From: an uncultured Verrucomicrobiae bacterium
GTDB taxonomy: Bacteria > Verrucomicrobiota > Verrucomicrobiia > Limisphaerales > Palsa-1400
Length of the DNA: 64,000 nt
Direction: 5' to 3'
Assembly (NCBI GenBank): GCA_963707025.1
Contig: CAVPOM010000006.1
Coordinates: 320,001-384,000, forward strand
A program made the position numbers and the translations under genes. The notes below the pieces were generated by a model. That model searched no databases. It saw only the letters and a program-made list of their open reading frames with translations, and was not told the DNA's origin. The first letter of the stretch is position 1, and each line of letters opens with the position of its first letter. Shown here piece by piece: positions 53,696-63,400 of this stretch.

Positions 53696-56452
53696 ATGAA
53701 ACAGCGCTGCAGGCTGGCTGTCAGTTGCATCCTCGCCGGCGGGCTGATCGCCTCCGGCGCGAACCCGGCGCAGGCCCCGTCCCCGGAGCCAAAGAAAGTG
53801 GCCGCGGTGGAAGGGATCACCGAGTACCAACTCGACAACGGGCTGCGGGTGCTCTTGTTTCCCGACCCGTCGCAATCCAAAGTGACGGTGAACATGACGG
53901 CGCTGGTTGGCTCGCGCCAGGAAGGTTACGGGGAGACGGGGATGGCGCATTTGCTGGAGCACATGCTCTTCAAAGGCACGCCCACCCATCCGTTCATCCC
54001 CAAGGAACTGCAGGAGCATGGCGCCACCTTCAACGGCAGCACCTCCAGCGACCGCGTCAATTATTATGAGACCCTGGCCGACAGCGGCACCAACCTGGAG
54101 TTTGCCATCGCTCTGGAGGCCGACCGCCTGGTCAACAGCACCATCAAGAAGGAAGACCTGGATTCGGAGATGACGGTGGTGCGCAATGAATTCGAGCGCG
54201 GCGAGAATTCGCCCCAGGGCGTGCTGATGGAGCGCATCCAGGAAGTCGCCTACGACTGGCATAATTACGGCAAACCGACCATCGGCAACCGCACCGACAT
54301 CGAGCGGGTGCCGGTGGACAATCTGCGCGCCTTTTACCGCAAGTATTATCAGCCGGACAACATCGTGCTGGTGGTCGCCGGCCGATTTGAGGAGGGCAGG
54401 GGATTGGCGCTGGTGCAGAAGTATTTCGGGCCTATCCCGCGCCCGGCCCGCAAGCTGGACACGACCTGGACCGAGGAACCGCCCCAGGACGGCGAGCGGT
54501 TGGTGACCTTGCGGCGGGTCGGCGAACTGGGCGTGGTGGGCGTGGCCTATCATATTCCGGCCGGGCCGCACGAGGATTCGGCGGCGTTGGAAGTGCTGGC
54601 CAACATCCTCAGCAGCCAGCCTTCCGGCCGGTTATACAAGGCGCTGGTCGAGACCAAGAAAGCCTCCAGCGTCTCCGCCTCCGCCCGCGCCGAACATGAT
54701 CCGGGACTGATGACGATGACCGCGCCGGTGACGCGCGACAGCCCGGTGGAAGAAGTGCGCGACATTTTGCTCGCAACCGTCGAGGGGATCGGCGCCCAGG
54801 GCGTCACGCCGGAGGAGGTCAGCCGGGCCAGGCAACAGATTCTCAAAGCCCGCGAGCGCGCGGCGATGGACACCACCCGGATCGGCGTCTCGCTCAGCGC
54901 GTGGATCGCGCAGGGAGATTGGCGGCTTTATTTTCTAAACCGCGACCGTGTGGAAAAAGTCACGCCCGAAGCGGTGCAAGCGGTGGCGGCGCACTATTTG
55001 CAACGCAACAACCGGACCGTCGGCCTGTTTATTCCCACCGGCAAAGCCGAGCGCGTGGCCATTCCCGCCACGCCGGATTTGGCGGCTCTGGTGGCGGATT
55101 ACAAAGGCCGTCCGCCCATCGCCGAGGGCGAGGCGTTTGAAGCCACCCCGGCGAATATCGAGGCGCGGGCGCAAAGGCAGGAGATGCCCGAAGGCATCAA
55201 AGTGACCCTCTTGCCAAAAAAGACGCGCGGCGCGGAGGTGCATGTCACCCTCCAGCTTCATTTCGGCAATGAAGACAATCTCAAGGGCCTGGCCGCGGCG
55301 GGCGAATTTCTCCCCCGGCTCATGGAGCGCGCCACCAAGCAGTTGGATCAACAACACTTGCGCGACAAGCTCGACGAACTGGGCGCGACCCTCAACGGCG
55401 GCGGCAGCCAGGGCGAAGTGAGCTTTTCCATTCAGGCCAAACACGACACGCTCCCGGCGGCGCTGGAAATTCTGCGCCAGGTTCTGCGCGAACCGGCCCT
55501 GCCCGCCGATCAATTCGAGGTGCTCAAACGCCAGCAACTGGCCGCCCTGCAACGCTCCCGCACCGAACCCGACGCCCTGGCCGCCCGGAGCCTGAGCCGC
55601 GATTTGCACCCATATCCCAAGGACAACATCCGCTACGTTCCCACGATTGACGAAGAGATTGAACGGGTGCGCAATGCCACTTGCGATCAAGTCACCCAAC
55701 TTTATCGCGACTACCTGGGTTCCCAAGCGGGTGAACTGACCATCGTGGGCGATTTCGATGCCAACGCCTGTTTGCCGATCCTGAAAACGGCGCTGGCCGG
55801 CTGGACCGCCGCCCAACCCTATGCGCGCATCGCCATGCCGCTGGCCACCGCAGTGCCCGGCTCCCAACACACCATCAACACCCCGGACAAGGCCAACGCC
55901 ACTTATACCGCCGGACTGGAATTCGCCATGAACGACGACGATGCCGATTACCCGGCCTTGGTCATGGGCGATTACATTCTCGGAGCCGGCACCCTCTCCT
56001 CCCGCCTCGGCGTGCGCATCCGGCAGAAAGACGGGCTTTCTTATGGAGTGACTTCCAGATTCTCCGCCTCGGCCCTGGATCAGCGGGCCAGCTTTGGCAT
56101 CACGGCGATATGCAATCCCAAGAACATTGACCGCCTCCGCCAGGACGTGCAGGAGGAACTGGCCCGCCTGCTGCGCGAGGGCGTGACGCAGGAAGAATTG
56201 GACAACGCCCGCCAGGGCTATTTGCAAGCGCGCAAGGTGACCCGCTCGACCGACACCGCGCTGGCCGGCCAGCTTGCGACCCTGCGCTACGAGGGCCGGA
56301 CCATGGCGCGCCAGGCGGAGTTGGAAAAGAAAATCGAGGCCCTGACGCCCGATCAAATTGTGGCCGCGCTGCGCCGGCACATTGATCCAAAGAAACTGGT
56401 GATTGTCACCGCAGGCGATTTCGAAACCAAAACCGCCGAGAACCGGAATTGA
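53696..56452 (+). CDS. M16 family zinc metallopeptidase
   Basis: GMAHLLEHMLFKG (inverted HXXEH), LRAFYRKYYQPDN. Confidence 0.93.
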   Translation: MKQRCRLAVSCILAGGLIASGANPAQAPSPEPKKVAAVEGITEYQLDNGLRVLLFPDPSQSKVTVNMTALVGSRQEGYGETGMAHLLEHMLFKGTPTHPFIPKELQEHGATFNGSTSSDRVNYYETLADSGTNLEFAIALEADRLVNSTIKKEDLDSEMTVVRNEFERGENSPQGVLMERIQEVAYDWHNYGKPTIGNRTDIERVPVDNLRAFYRKYYQPDNIVLVVAGRFEEGRGLALVQKYFGPIPRPARKLDTTWTEEPPQDGERLVTLRRVGELGVVGVAYHIPAGPHEDSAALEVLANILSSQPSGRLYKALVETKKASSVSASARAEHDPGLMTMTAPVTRDSPVEEVRDILLATVEGIGAQGVTPEEVSRARQQILKARERAAMDTTRIGVSLSAWIAQGDWRLYFLNRDRVEKVTPEAVQAVAAHYLQRNNRTVGLFIPTGKAERVAIPATPDLAALVADYKGRPPIAEGEAFEATPANIEARAQRQEMPEGIKVTLLPKKTRGAEVHVTLQLHFGNEDNLKGLAAAGEFLPRLMERATKQLDQQHLRDKLDELGATLNGGGSQGEVSFSIQAKHDTLPAALEILRQVLREPALPADQFEVLKRQQLAALQRSRTEPDALAARSLSRDLHPYPKDNIRYVPTIDEEIERVRNATCDQVTQLYRDYLGSQAGELTIVGDFDANACLPILKTALAGWTAAQPYARIAMPLATAVPGSQHTINTPDKANATYTAGLEFAMNDDDADYPALVMGDYILGAGTLSSRLGVRIRQKDGLSYGVTSRFSASALDQRASFGITAICNPKNIDRLRQDVQEELARLLREGVTQEELDNARQGYLQARKVTRSTDTALAGQLATLRYEGRTMARQAELEKKIEALTPDQIVAALRRHIDPKKLVIVTAGDFETKTAENRN

Positions 56453-56468
56453 GTTGCGTCACTGGCTG

Positions 56469-56562
56469 ATACCGTTTCCAGTTTGCTTTTGCACTGTAGC
56501 GGCGGTCTGTGACCGCCGCCAATCGCCTTGGCAATAGTGCAGTTACGAACTGGAAACGGTAT
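56469..56562. mobile_element. MITE-like unit with 15-bp perfect IRs enclosing a family C REP
   Basis: ATACCGTTTCCAGTT (56469-83) / AACTGGAAACGGTAT (56548-62); internal gtagcggcggtctgtgaccgccg. Confidence 0.6.
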
Positions 56563-56652
56563 GAGTGGGTGAAGAACCTTTAAGACTGATGCCCGGCACG
56601 CCATGAAAGTGTGCCGCCAATTCCGTTTGGAGGCGCGGCGCGCCTTGGGGCT

Positions 56653-56808
56653 TTAATTGACACGATTGGTCTCCAAAATCAAGGCCAGCGCTTCTTTCAA
56701 GTTGGCGCGCGCCTCCGCCAGCGTGGCGCCCTGAGTGTTGACTCCAGGCACCTCTTCCACATAAGCCGCCCACCACTTGCCGCACTTTCGATAAACCGCT
56801 GTGAACAT
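56653..56808 (-). CDS. Orphan, possibly truncated HicB-family antitoxin
   Basis: FTAVYRKCGKWWAAYVEEVPGVNTQGATLAEARANLKEALALILE. Confidence 0.8.
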   Translation of the reverse strand: MFTAVYRKCGKWWAAYVEEVPGVNTQGATLAEARANLKEALALILETNRVN

Positions 56809-57056
56809 GTTCAAATGATAAAGCCAAACCCCCGCATAAGCAAGCCGCGCGTAATACGGCAGCCATGCGTGGTAGGATAAGGCGTAGGATTCGAGAAATA
56901 GAGGTTTTTTGTCAAATCTTTCCATTGCTTAAACCACGTCAATCCCCTTGATTTTACAGGGGAAAACTCACTTTTCTCCAATCCGCCGGGGAGCTTCGAG
57001 AAAACCATGTAAGTGGCACAAAAAGTGGCGCAAATTAAAACATGCGATTAACGGGC

Positions 57057-57251
57057 TCAATCTTTGCCAGGCAATGGTATGCCGAGTGCCCGGCATATTT
57101 TTCTCGCCAGCAAATCGGGGATTTCGCTCTGGCGCGGAATTGGCTCGCGGCGACCGGTGCTTGGATTCCAATAAATGGAATGAGCGCCCCCTTCCCGTTT
57201 GAACGGACACCCGTGCGCTTCATGGTGCCGGATGAGTTCGCGGCGCTTCAA
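57057..57251 (-). CDS. hicA: HicA-family toxin
   Basis: MKRRELIRH...REGGAHSIYWNP...IPR...LARKICRALGIP. Confidence 0.85.
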   Translation of the reverse strand: MKRRELIRHHEAHGCPFKREGGAHSIYWNPSTGRREPIPRQSEIPDLLARKICRALGIPLPGKD

Positions 57252-57457
57252 GCCGGTTCCAATAGCTGAGAGTCCTTGGGTAGCTTACGGGCGGCGTCTT
57301 CCCGCCGATCTTCCATAAGCAACAAAATCGCCTGTTTCAAACTCTGCACGCAATCTTCAGGGGTCCGCCCCTGGCCGTTGGCCTCAGGCACTTCCGGGCA
57401 GAATCCAACATGCCATTCTCCGTCGCGGTGTATTTCCGCCGTCAACTTTAGGCCCAT
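57248..57457 (-). CDS. hicB: HicB-family antitoxin
   Basis: LTAEIHRDGEWHVGFCPEVPEANGQGRT; ATGA overlap with hicA. Confidence 0.85.
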   Translation of the reverse strand: MGLKLTAEIHRDGEWHVGFCPEVPEANGQGRTPEDCVQSLKQAILLLMEDRREDAARKLPKDSQLLEPA

Positions 57458-57592
57458 GCCGAAAGTAAAATCCTGTGTGCGCTGAGGATGGCCTTTTTTC
57501 TTCATTCATTGCTTCTCATTCCCGGATGCGCCGGGCCGCTGCAAACGCGTGTTCACGCCCTAAAATACGCCGCTCAGGCCGGGTGTCAAAGG

Positions 57593-57772
57593 TCAAAAAC
57601 CGTGCGTGGGCGGGGCGTGGCGGTCGTCCTGATCCCTGACTTTGGCGGCCAGTTCGGCCAGAGCTTCTCCGGGGATGTCTCCGTGATCCAGGCGGTTCAG
57701 CCAGACCACGAATTCATGGCGCTCGCTCCCCGGCAACGCCATCACATTATCTTTTAATTCAGCCAAGCTCAT
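57593..57772 (-). CDS. 59-aa putative antitoxin-like protein (below the ORF-track cutoff)
   Basis: Manual translation MSLAELKDNVMALPGSERHEFVVWLNRLDHGDIPGEALAELAAKVRDQDDRHAPPTHGF. Confidence 0.5.
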   Translation of the reverse strand: MSLAELKDNVMALPGSERHEFVVWLNRLDHGDIPGEALAELAAKVRDQDDRHAPPTHGF

Positions 57773-58104
57773 CCGCGCTTCATCGTGCAGCGATCATCGT
57801 TGCTTTTGTCCATCCGCCTGCATCTGCGTGATCTGCGGTCCAAGGTCCTTTCCCGTTCCCTGCCGCGTGAGGTGGACCCCATCCTTTAGACCACGGAGCG
57901 CATGAAATAAGCGCGACTTTTGCCGATTGCTGTCATTACTAATTGTAGTTGACTACTGTTCATTCCGTGTTTCAAAACCCTTTCGAAAGAGAGAACGAGC
58001 GATGCGGAGCACTGCCCGTCCTCCCTCTCCGTTTTCTTAGGGTTCTCAACTCTACCGCCGCAGGCGGTCTGATTTCAAGCCTTTTCCTGCCGCCTGCCTC
58101 TCTG

Positions 58105-59016
58105 TCAAGTGCTGCGATCGCTCCTGCCTCTGGCAGGTTGCATCGCTTCCCATTTGGCCGGTTGGGCTCCATGCGTGCCGGGATCAAAATACGCGTCCGC
58201 CGGCGTCGCATAGCCCAACGCCTGGTGCGGTCGTTCCCGGTTGTAGCCGTCAAACCACCGGCCCAGTCCGCGCCCTGCCGCCAACCCGTCGCCATAGTCT
58301 TGCAAATAAATGTCCTCATACTTGGCGCTCCGCCACAGCCGCTCGATAAACCGGTTGTCCATCCAGCAACCCCGTCCGTCCATGCTCACGTCCACCCCCG
58401 CCGATTCCACCGCATCGATAAACATCGGGGAGGTGAACTGCGATCCCTGGTCGGTATTGGAAATCAACGGCGCCTGACGCCCCGCCCGCAACGCCGCCTC
58501 CCAAGCGTCCACACAAAAGTCCGCCTCCAACGTGTTGCTCAAGCGCCATCCCAGCACGTAACGACTCCACCAATCCATCACCGCCACCAAATACATAAAC
58601 CCAGTTGCCATAGGCACATACGTAATGTCCGAACACCAAACCTGATCCGGTCCCGTCACTGCCAAATTGCGTAACAGATACGGATAAATCTGGTGCCCCA
58701 TCTCCCGCAGACTCGTCTTGGGCTTGGCGTAAATCGCCTCGATCCCCATCAACCGCAGCAGCCGCACCACCCGTTTGCGATTGATGGTCAAACCCTCCCG
58801 GCGCAACAGCACGGTCAGTTTGCGGCTGCCATAAACCGGGTGGTCCAAATGCATCTGGTCCAACCGCCGCATCAGCGCCAGGTTCTCCTCTGTCTCCGGA
58901 CAGCACTGGTAATAATAACTGCCACGGCACACCGCCAGCAGCTCGCACTGGCGCCGCACGCTGAGCTGCGGATCGGGAGCGATTAAACATGTTAAAGCCC
59001 CAGTTGCCTGGACTTT
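58105..59016 (-). CDS. IS3 OrfB DDE transposase (reached by -1 frameshift)
   Basis: WCSDITY, NTDQGSQF, IERLWRSAKYE; A8G slippery site at 59013-59021. Confidence 0.9.
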   Translation of the reverse strand, partial: KVQATGALTCLIAPDPQLSVRRQCELLAVCRGSYYYQCCPETEENLALMRRLDQMHLDHPVYGSRKLTVLLRREGLTINRKRVVRLLRLMGIEAIYAKPKTSLREMGHQIYPYLLRNLAVTGPDQVWCSDITYVPMATGFMYLVAVMDWWSRYVLGWRLSNTLEADFCVDAWEAALRAGRQAPLISNTDQGSQFTSPMFIDAVESAGVDVSMDGRGCWMDNRFIERLWRSAKYEDIYLQDYGDGLAAGRGLGRWFDGYNRERPHQALGYATPADAYFDPGTHGAQPAKWEAMQPARGRSDRST

Positions 59017-59282
59017 TTTTTAAGCCAGTCCAAGTCCACCGTCAGTTGGCCAATCTTCTCATGCAGTTGGGCAATCAACTGTTCCTGATCCTCCGTGCGG
59101 GGTTGCCCGGGCTCAAACAATTCGGGCATGTGATCCCGAATCGTCGCCCGCCACTGCGTGACCTGCGCCGGATGCACCGCATACTCTCGCGCCAATTGCG
59201 CGACCGTCTTCAGCCCCACCAGGGCTTCGAATCCCACTTTGGCCTTGAAGGCCGCACTGTGTCTTTTCCGTTTTGCTTTCAT
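58992..59282 (-). CDS. IS3 OrfA HTH protein
   Basis: RKRHSAAFKAKVGFEAL...LHEKIGQLTVDLDWLKKKS. Confidence 0.92.
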   Translation of the reverse strand: MKAKRKRHSAAFKAKVGFEALVGLKTVAQLAREYAVHPAQVTQWRATIRDHMPELFEPGQPRTEDQEQLIAQLHEKIGQLTVDLDWLKKKSRQLGL

Positions 59283-59384
59283 AAGTCTGCTCTTTCTTAT
59301 CTACAGCAAACCGGCAAAAATCGAAACTTACCTGTGGTCTAAAAATAGGGGTCCAGCTCAGCGCTTCATTCTGCGCCAAAATCT

Positions 59385-59481
59385 CACCACCGATTTCACG
59401 GATTCCACGGATAAGGATTTTGCATTCTGCATTCTGCATTCTGCATTCAGAACATCCGTGTCATCACTGCAATCCGTGGTT
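59385..59481. repeat. 9-mer hairpin unit enclosing (TGCATTC)x4
   Basis: accgatttcacggattccacggat ... tgcattc x4 (59421-59448) ... atccgtg...aatccgtggt. Confidence 0.7.
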
Positions 59482-60152
59482 CAATCCTCTGCAGTTGCGG
59501 CTGTCCGCTTCGGTTGGCCCGGATTCCTGCCAGCGCGCTTCCGCCGACTCATCAAACGCCAACTCCGTGAATTTCCGCAACAAATCCGAATCCGCCGCCA
59601 TCATCTTCTTTTTCCCCGCCTCATCCAGAACCGAGTAAACTGAAATACGCAAAATACCCGAGCCAGAGAATATCGGCGGAAAAACTTTGCAATTTTCGCG
59701 TGTTTCGCGTGTTTCGCGGTTAAAAGAATTTCTTCCGGTCTGCGCAAAAACAGCCGCCGGTTCTTCTCGAAGAGGATGTCAGAAATATCCAGTCAGAAAT
59801 ATAACAAACCCTGCCCCCCGTTCAGAGCGAAGCGGGCCAATTTCATTTTTTTGCCTCGATTTTTCTGACATGGCCTTCTTAGATACGGAAACGGGTCTTG
59901 CGCAAACTCCCGCAACATCATTGCCGCCGCTCCGCTTTCAAACTGGCCCTTGCCAAACACCAAGGCCACAGGAACGTACATTAAGGCAGGCGGAAGTCGG
60001 GCCACTGGAGCATGTATAAGATTCTATAATGAGTAGAATAAGCCACGCTGCTACCTTAACAACTACGCAAATAAAGCTAGACCTCTCAACCTGAGCATGG
60101 CACACTCCCCCCAAGCAACACAATACCATTTGAAAGCGAAAGGGGGAACACC

Positions 60153-61556
60153 ATGCAAGAACAAACACCAACGGGCCAGCCACAGGCAGGCAAAGGAGGG
60201 ATTTACGAACAAATCACGCCCGCGGAGCACGAGGTCAATCTCAAGCAACTGTTGCAGACCATTGAGTCCACCATAAAAGCCCACGTCGTTATCGCGGAGG
60301 ATGCAGCCAAGGCCTTGGCCGCGTGGGTTCTGCACACCTACGTCTTCGTCGAGAGGGAAGCCGTCGCCTACGTGGCCATCCAGTCGCCCGAGAAAAGGTG
60401 CGGCAAAACAACTCTGCTCTCAGTGCTGGCGGGGCTGGCGTCAAAGCCGCTCGTCGCCTCCAACATCAGCGTCGGCGCCCTCTTCCGGGCCATAGACGAA
60501 GCCCACCCCACCCTCATGATAGACGAAGCCGATACGTTCCTCGGCAGAAACAGCGCCATGCGCGGCATCCTCAACGCCGGCAACACCAGGCGGACCGCCT
60601 TCGTCTTAAGGCTGGCGCGCAGAAACGCCAAGGAACAACCGGAGGGCGGGCAGCAACAGGACAGACCGCCGTCCATCGTCGTCCGGTTTTCATGCTGGTG
60701 CCCAAAGGTCATCGCCATGATCGGGCGAGTGCCGGAAACGTTGGCCGACAGGTCCATCGTCGTCAACATGGAGCGCAAACTCGTCTCCGAGCGGTGCGTT
60801 CCTCTCGCTCAGTTCAACCCGGGGCCAATCAAGCGCGCCTGCAAGCGTTGGGCCGACGACCACGCCAGGCAGGTGCGCGAGTGGCCCAGGCGCGTCCTGC
60901 CCGAGGTCAACGACCGGGCCAGCGACACCTTCGAGCCGCTCCTGGTCATCGCGGAAATGGCAGGCGCGGATGTTTACGAAAAAGTGAGGCAAGCCGCCAT
61001 AAAGCTCTGCGGTCACGCCAACACCGAACCGGAAGCCGCTGGCCTAATGCTTGACATCATGACCGTCTTCATCTTCCGCAAAACCAACAGGCTCTTCAGC
61101 CACGACCTGGCACAGGCCCTCAAAGGCAAGTCCGGTTGGATTGCCTACGATGTCACGAGCCGGGGGGCCGTCACAGAGCTCAACATAGCCACCACGCTCA
61201 GGAAATACGGCATCCGCCCAACCACCGTCCGCATCGGCCCGGAGGTCAGCAGAGGCTACAAATGGGAGGATTTTCGGGATGCCCTCGACCACTATGTCCC
61301 TAAGCAAGAAGTGGCAAGGAAGCTCCAAGAACTCCACGCCATGAACGACCTCGCTCTCGAAGCGCAAAAGGAAAAAGAGGCGCTGGCAGCCGCCAAGGCC
61401 GCTCAGGAGGCGGTTGATGGGCAAAACAAGGAAAAAGCCGTCGCGCAGATCATGGCCAGCATCGAAGGGGCCAATGACAGGGAGCAACTCATCGAAGACC
61501 TGACCGATCTGATGAAGGGCCGTAAGTTGGATGTAACAAAATGTAACGGGGTGTAA
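60153..61556 (+). CDS. DUF3631-domain P-loop ATPase (replication helicase-like, no primase domain)
   Basis: ALAAWVLHTY, Walker A SPEKRCGKTT, Walker B LMIDEAD, ILNAG, TLADRSI, NDRASD, C-terminal LRKYGIRP...RGY. Confidence 0.82.
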   Translation: MQEQTPTGQPQAGKGGIYEQITPAEHEVNLKQLLQTIESTIKAHVVIAEDAAKALAAWVLHTYVFVEREAVAYVAIQSPEKRCGKTTLLSVLAGLASKPLVASNISVGALFRAIDEAHPTLMIDEADTFLGRNSAMRGILNAGNTRRTAFVLRLARRNAKEQPEGGQQQDRPPSIVVRFSCWCPKVIAMIGRVPETLADRSIVVNMERKLVSERCVPLAQFNPGPIKRACKRWADDHARQVREWPRRVLPEVNDRASDTFEPLLVIAEMAGADVYEKVRQAAIKLCGHANTEPEAAGLMLDIMTVFIFRKTNRLFSHDLAQALKGKSGWIAYDVTSRGAVTELNIATTLRKYGIRPTTVRIGPEVSRGYKWEDFRDALDHYVPKQEVARKLQELHAMNDLALEAQKEKEALAAAKAAQEAVDGQNKEKAVAQIMASIEGANDREQLIEDLTDLMKGRKLDVTKCNGV

Positions 61557-61616
61557 CGGGGGCACTTTTCGTAAACCGTTGATAATCAACAACTGTAACG
61601 GTGTAACGGTCGTAAT
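61532..61616 (+). repeat. TGTAAC iteron-like array around a GTTGATAATCAAC palindrome
   Basis: TGTAAC at 61532, 61542, 61552, 61594, 61602 and CGTAAT at 61611; palindrome at 61578-61590. Confidence 0.75.
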
Positions 61617-61723
61617 GCATCTCACCCTGCCTGCAAGAGTGGGTGTCGAACAAGTCGCCCCCCACATTTGCTGGCCAACCCAAAGTCGCAAACCTTTCCC
61701 GGTCCATCAGGTTTGGAAGAAAA

Positions 61724-63376
61724 TCACCGGCTCAGGAGGCGGCTCGAAATCCGGGCTTCCTCCGTCAGCTTGGAGATGGGATAGACTTTGCCGGCGGCCA
61801 GGTAGGGGTCGAGGAAATTCCACGTCACCAGGCCGTCGTCGGTTTCCGGTTCGAGCAGGTAGGCGGCCAGGGTGCCAAGGGGCTGGTCAGTGCGCACCAG
61901 GCGGGAGCCTTCCGGGAAAGCCACCGTTTCCGTTTTGAACTGGCCGGCCAGCTTGACTTCGTGATGGCCCTGAAAGATGACAGGATTCTTGTGGACATTG
62001 GTGATCGTGAAGTTTTCCACGCCGACGGTCAGCGGGGCGGTCAGCTCCTCGACGGCGATGCCGTGGGCCAGGAGTTTGTCCGTTACCACGCGCAGGCCGT
62101 CTTCGGCGCGGAAAAGATAGGCGCGGCCTTGCGGAACGGAGCGGGTGGCGGCGAAAAGCTCGTAGTCCAGCATCGGCACGGCGGTGAACTTGTCCTTGAC
62201 GACCACGGTCATGTTCCGGCCGGAACGCGGATTGACGGCGGTGGTAACCTGGCCGACGAGCAAGGGAACTTTTTGGGGCAGGGCTTTGGGTTCGTATTCC
62301 ACCCCGATTCGGGGCGGATTGGAAGCCCGCGCGTTGAGGATGGCATCCCGGTCGGCGCGCCCGGTGAGTTGGCGGATTTCATCGGCGTGGGCGGTGGAGT
62401 ATTTGAAGATTTCTTCCACGAAAGCCTCGGTGACCCGGATGCGGTCGTGGAAATCCAGGTAGCTGTAGGCTTCGGAAAGGATGGTCAGCCGGTTGCGGAA
62501 GCCGAGATAATTTTGGCCGACGCGCGGTTGCTGGGAAAAGGCGTTCCAAGTGCGCGTTTCCGGTTCGCCCGGCCCGGGGGCGCGCCCGGAGAAATTGCCG
62601 TAGTAATAAGTGCGAAAGCCGGCCTGGCTCATGGCTTGGGTCAGGGCCGGCATCATTTTGTCGCGGGAATAGGAAAGGATGTTCGTGTCCGCCGTCGGGT
62701 TCAGCGGGATGGAGTAGGTGAGATGGTAGCCGTGATAGGAACCGTCGGTGGTGTGAAGATCCACCGTCAGGTGCGGGTCCCAGGTGTTAAAGAGGCCGAT
62801 CAGCGCGCGGGTTTCCGGCGCTTCCATTTTCATATAATCGCGGTTGAGGTCCAGGCCCATCGCGTTCTCGCGGATGCCGACGCCGCCGATCGGGCCGTTT
62901 TGGGCGGTGCGGTGGGTGGTGCTGATCTGTTCATTGCCATCGGCGTTGTAATCCGGCGCGATCAGAATGATGAGTTTGTCCAGCAGAGGATGGAGGTCGC
63001 CGGTGAGGATGCGCCGCGCCAAGTGTTGCACCGCTTCCTTGCCCTCCACTTCGCCGGCGTGAATGTTGGCCATGACGAATATGACCGGCTTGCCGGAAGC
63101 GCGGGCCTCGCGCGGCTGCGCGACGGGCGGGTCGCTCAGGATGACCAGCGGCAGGGCCCGGCCTTCCTGGGTGCGGCCGAAAATCTGCTGGCGCAGGAGC
63201 GGGCTGCGCTGCTGGAGTTCGTTGAAAAAACGCAGCACGTCCTCATGGCGGCTGGTCTCCTCGTAGTTGCTGGATTCGGCCCGGGACAACAGGGCGCCAT
63301 CGTTGGTCTGGCCCGGCGCGGCGGCGGGCAGGGCGGCCAGCCAGGGCAATGCGCACAACAGGGCGGCTGATTTCAT
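61724..63376 (-). CDS. M14 zinc carboxypeptidase
   Basis: [30 protein letters not shown]. Confidence 0.9.
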   Translation of the reverse strand: MKSAALLCALPWLAALPAAAPGQTNDGALLSRAESSNYEETSRHEDVLRFFNELQQRSPLLRQQIFGRTQEGRALPLVILSDPPVAQPREARASGKPVIFVMANIHAGEVEGKEAVQHLARRILTGDLHPLLDKLIILIAPDYNADGNEQISTTHRTAQNGPIGGVGIRENAMGLDLNRDYMKMEAPETRALIGLFNTWDPHLTVDLHTTDGSYHGYHLTYSIPLNPTADTNILSYSRDKMMPALTQAMSQAGFRTYYYGNFSGRAPGPGEPETRTWNAFSQQPRVGQNYLGFRNRLTILSEAYSYLDFHDRIRVTEAFVEEIFKYSTAHADEIRQLTGRADRDAILNARASNPPRIGVEYEPKALPQKVPLLVGQVTTAVNPRSGRNMTVVVKDKFTAVPMLDYELFAATRSVPQGRAYLFRAEDGLRVVTDKLLAHGIAVEELTAPLTVGVENFTITNVHKNPVIFQGHHEVKLAGQFKTETVAFPEGSRLVRTDQPLGTLAAYLLEPETDDGLVTWNFLDPYLAAGKVYPISKLTEEARISSRLLSR

Positions 63377-63400
63377 GCATCGCTTTCCGCGGCGCGCCGA

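Larger units (their letters stand above)
57868..59360 (-). mobile_element. IS3-family insertion sequence, apparently intact
   Basis: TG...CA ends; IRs tgaggtggaccccatcctttagaccacgg / tgagctggacccctatttttagaccacagg; GCG 3-bp target duplication. Confidence 0.92.

Noticed and set aside
59464..60183. Small ORFs between the IS3 and the DUF3631 gene
   Set aside because: No recognisable motifs and partial overlap with repeats; cannot be supported as genes
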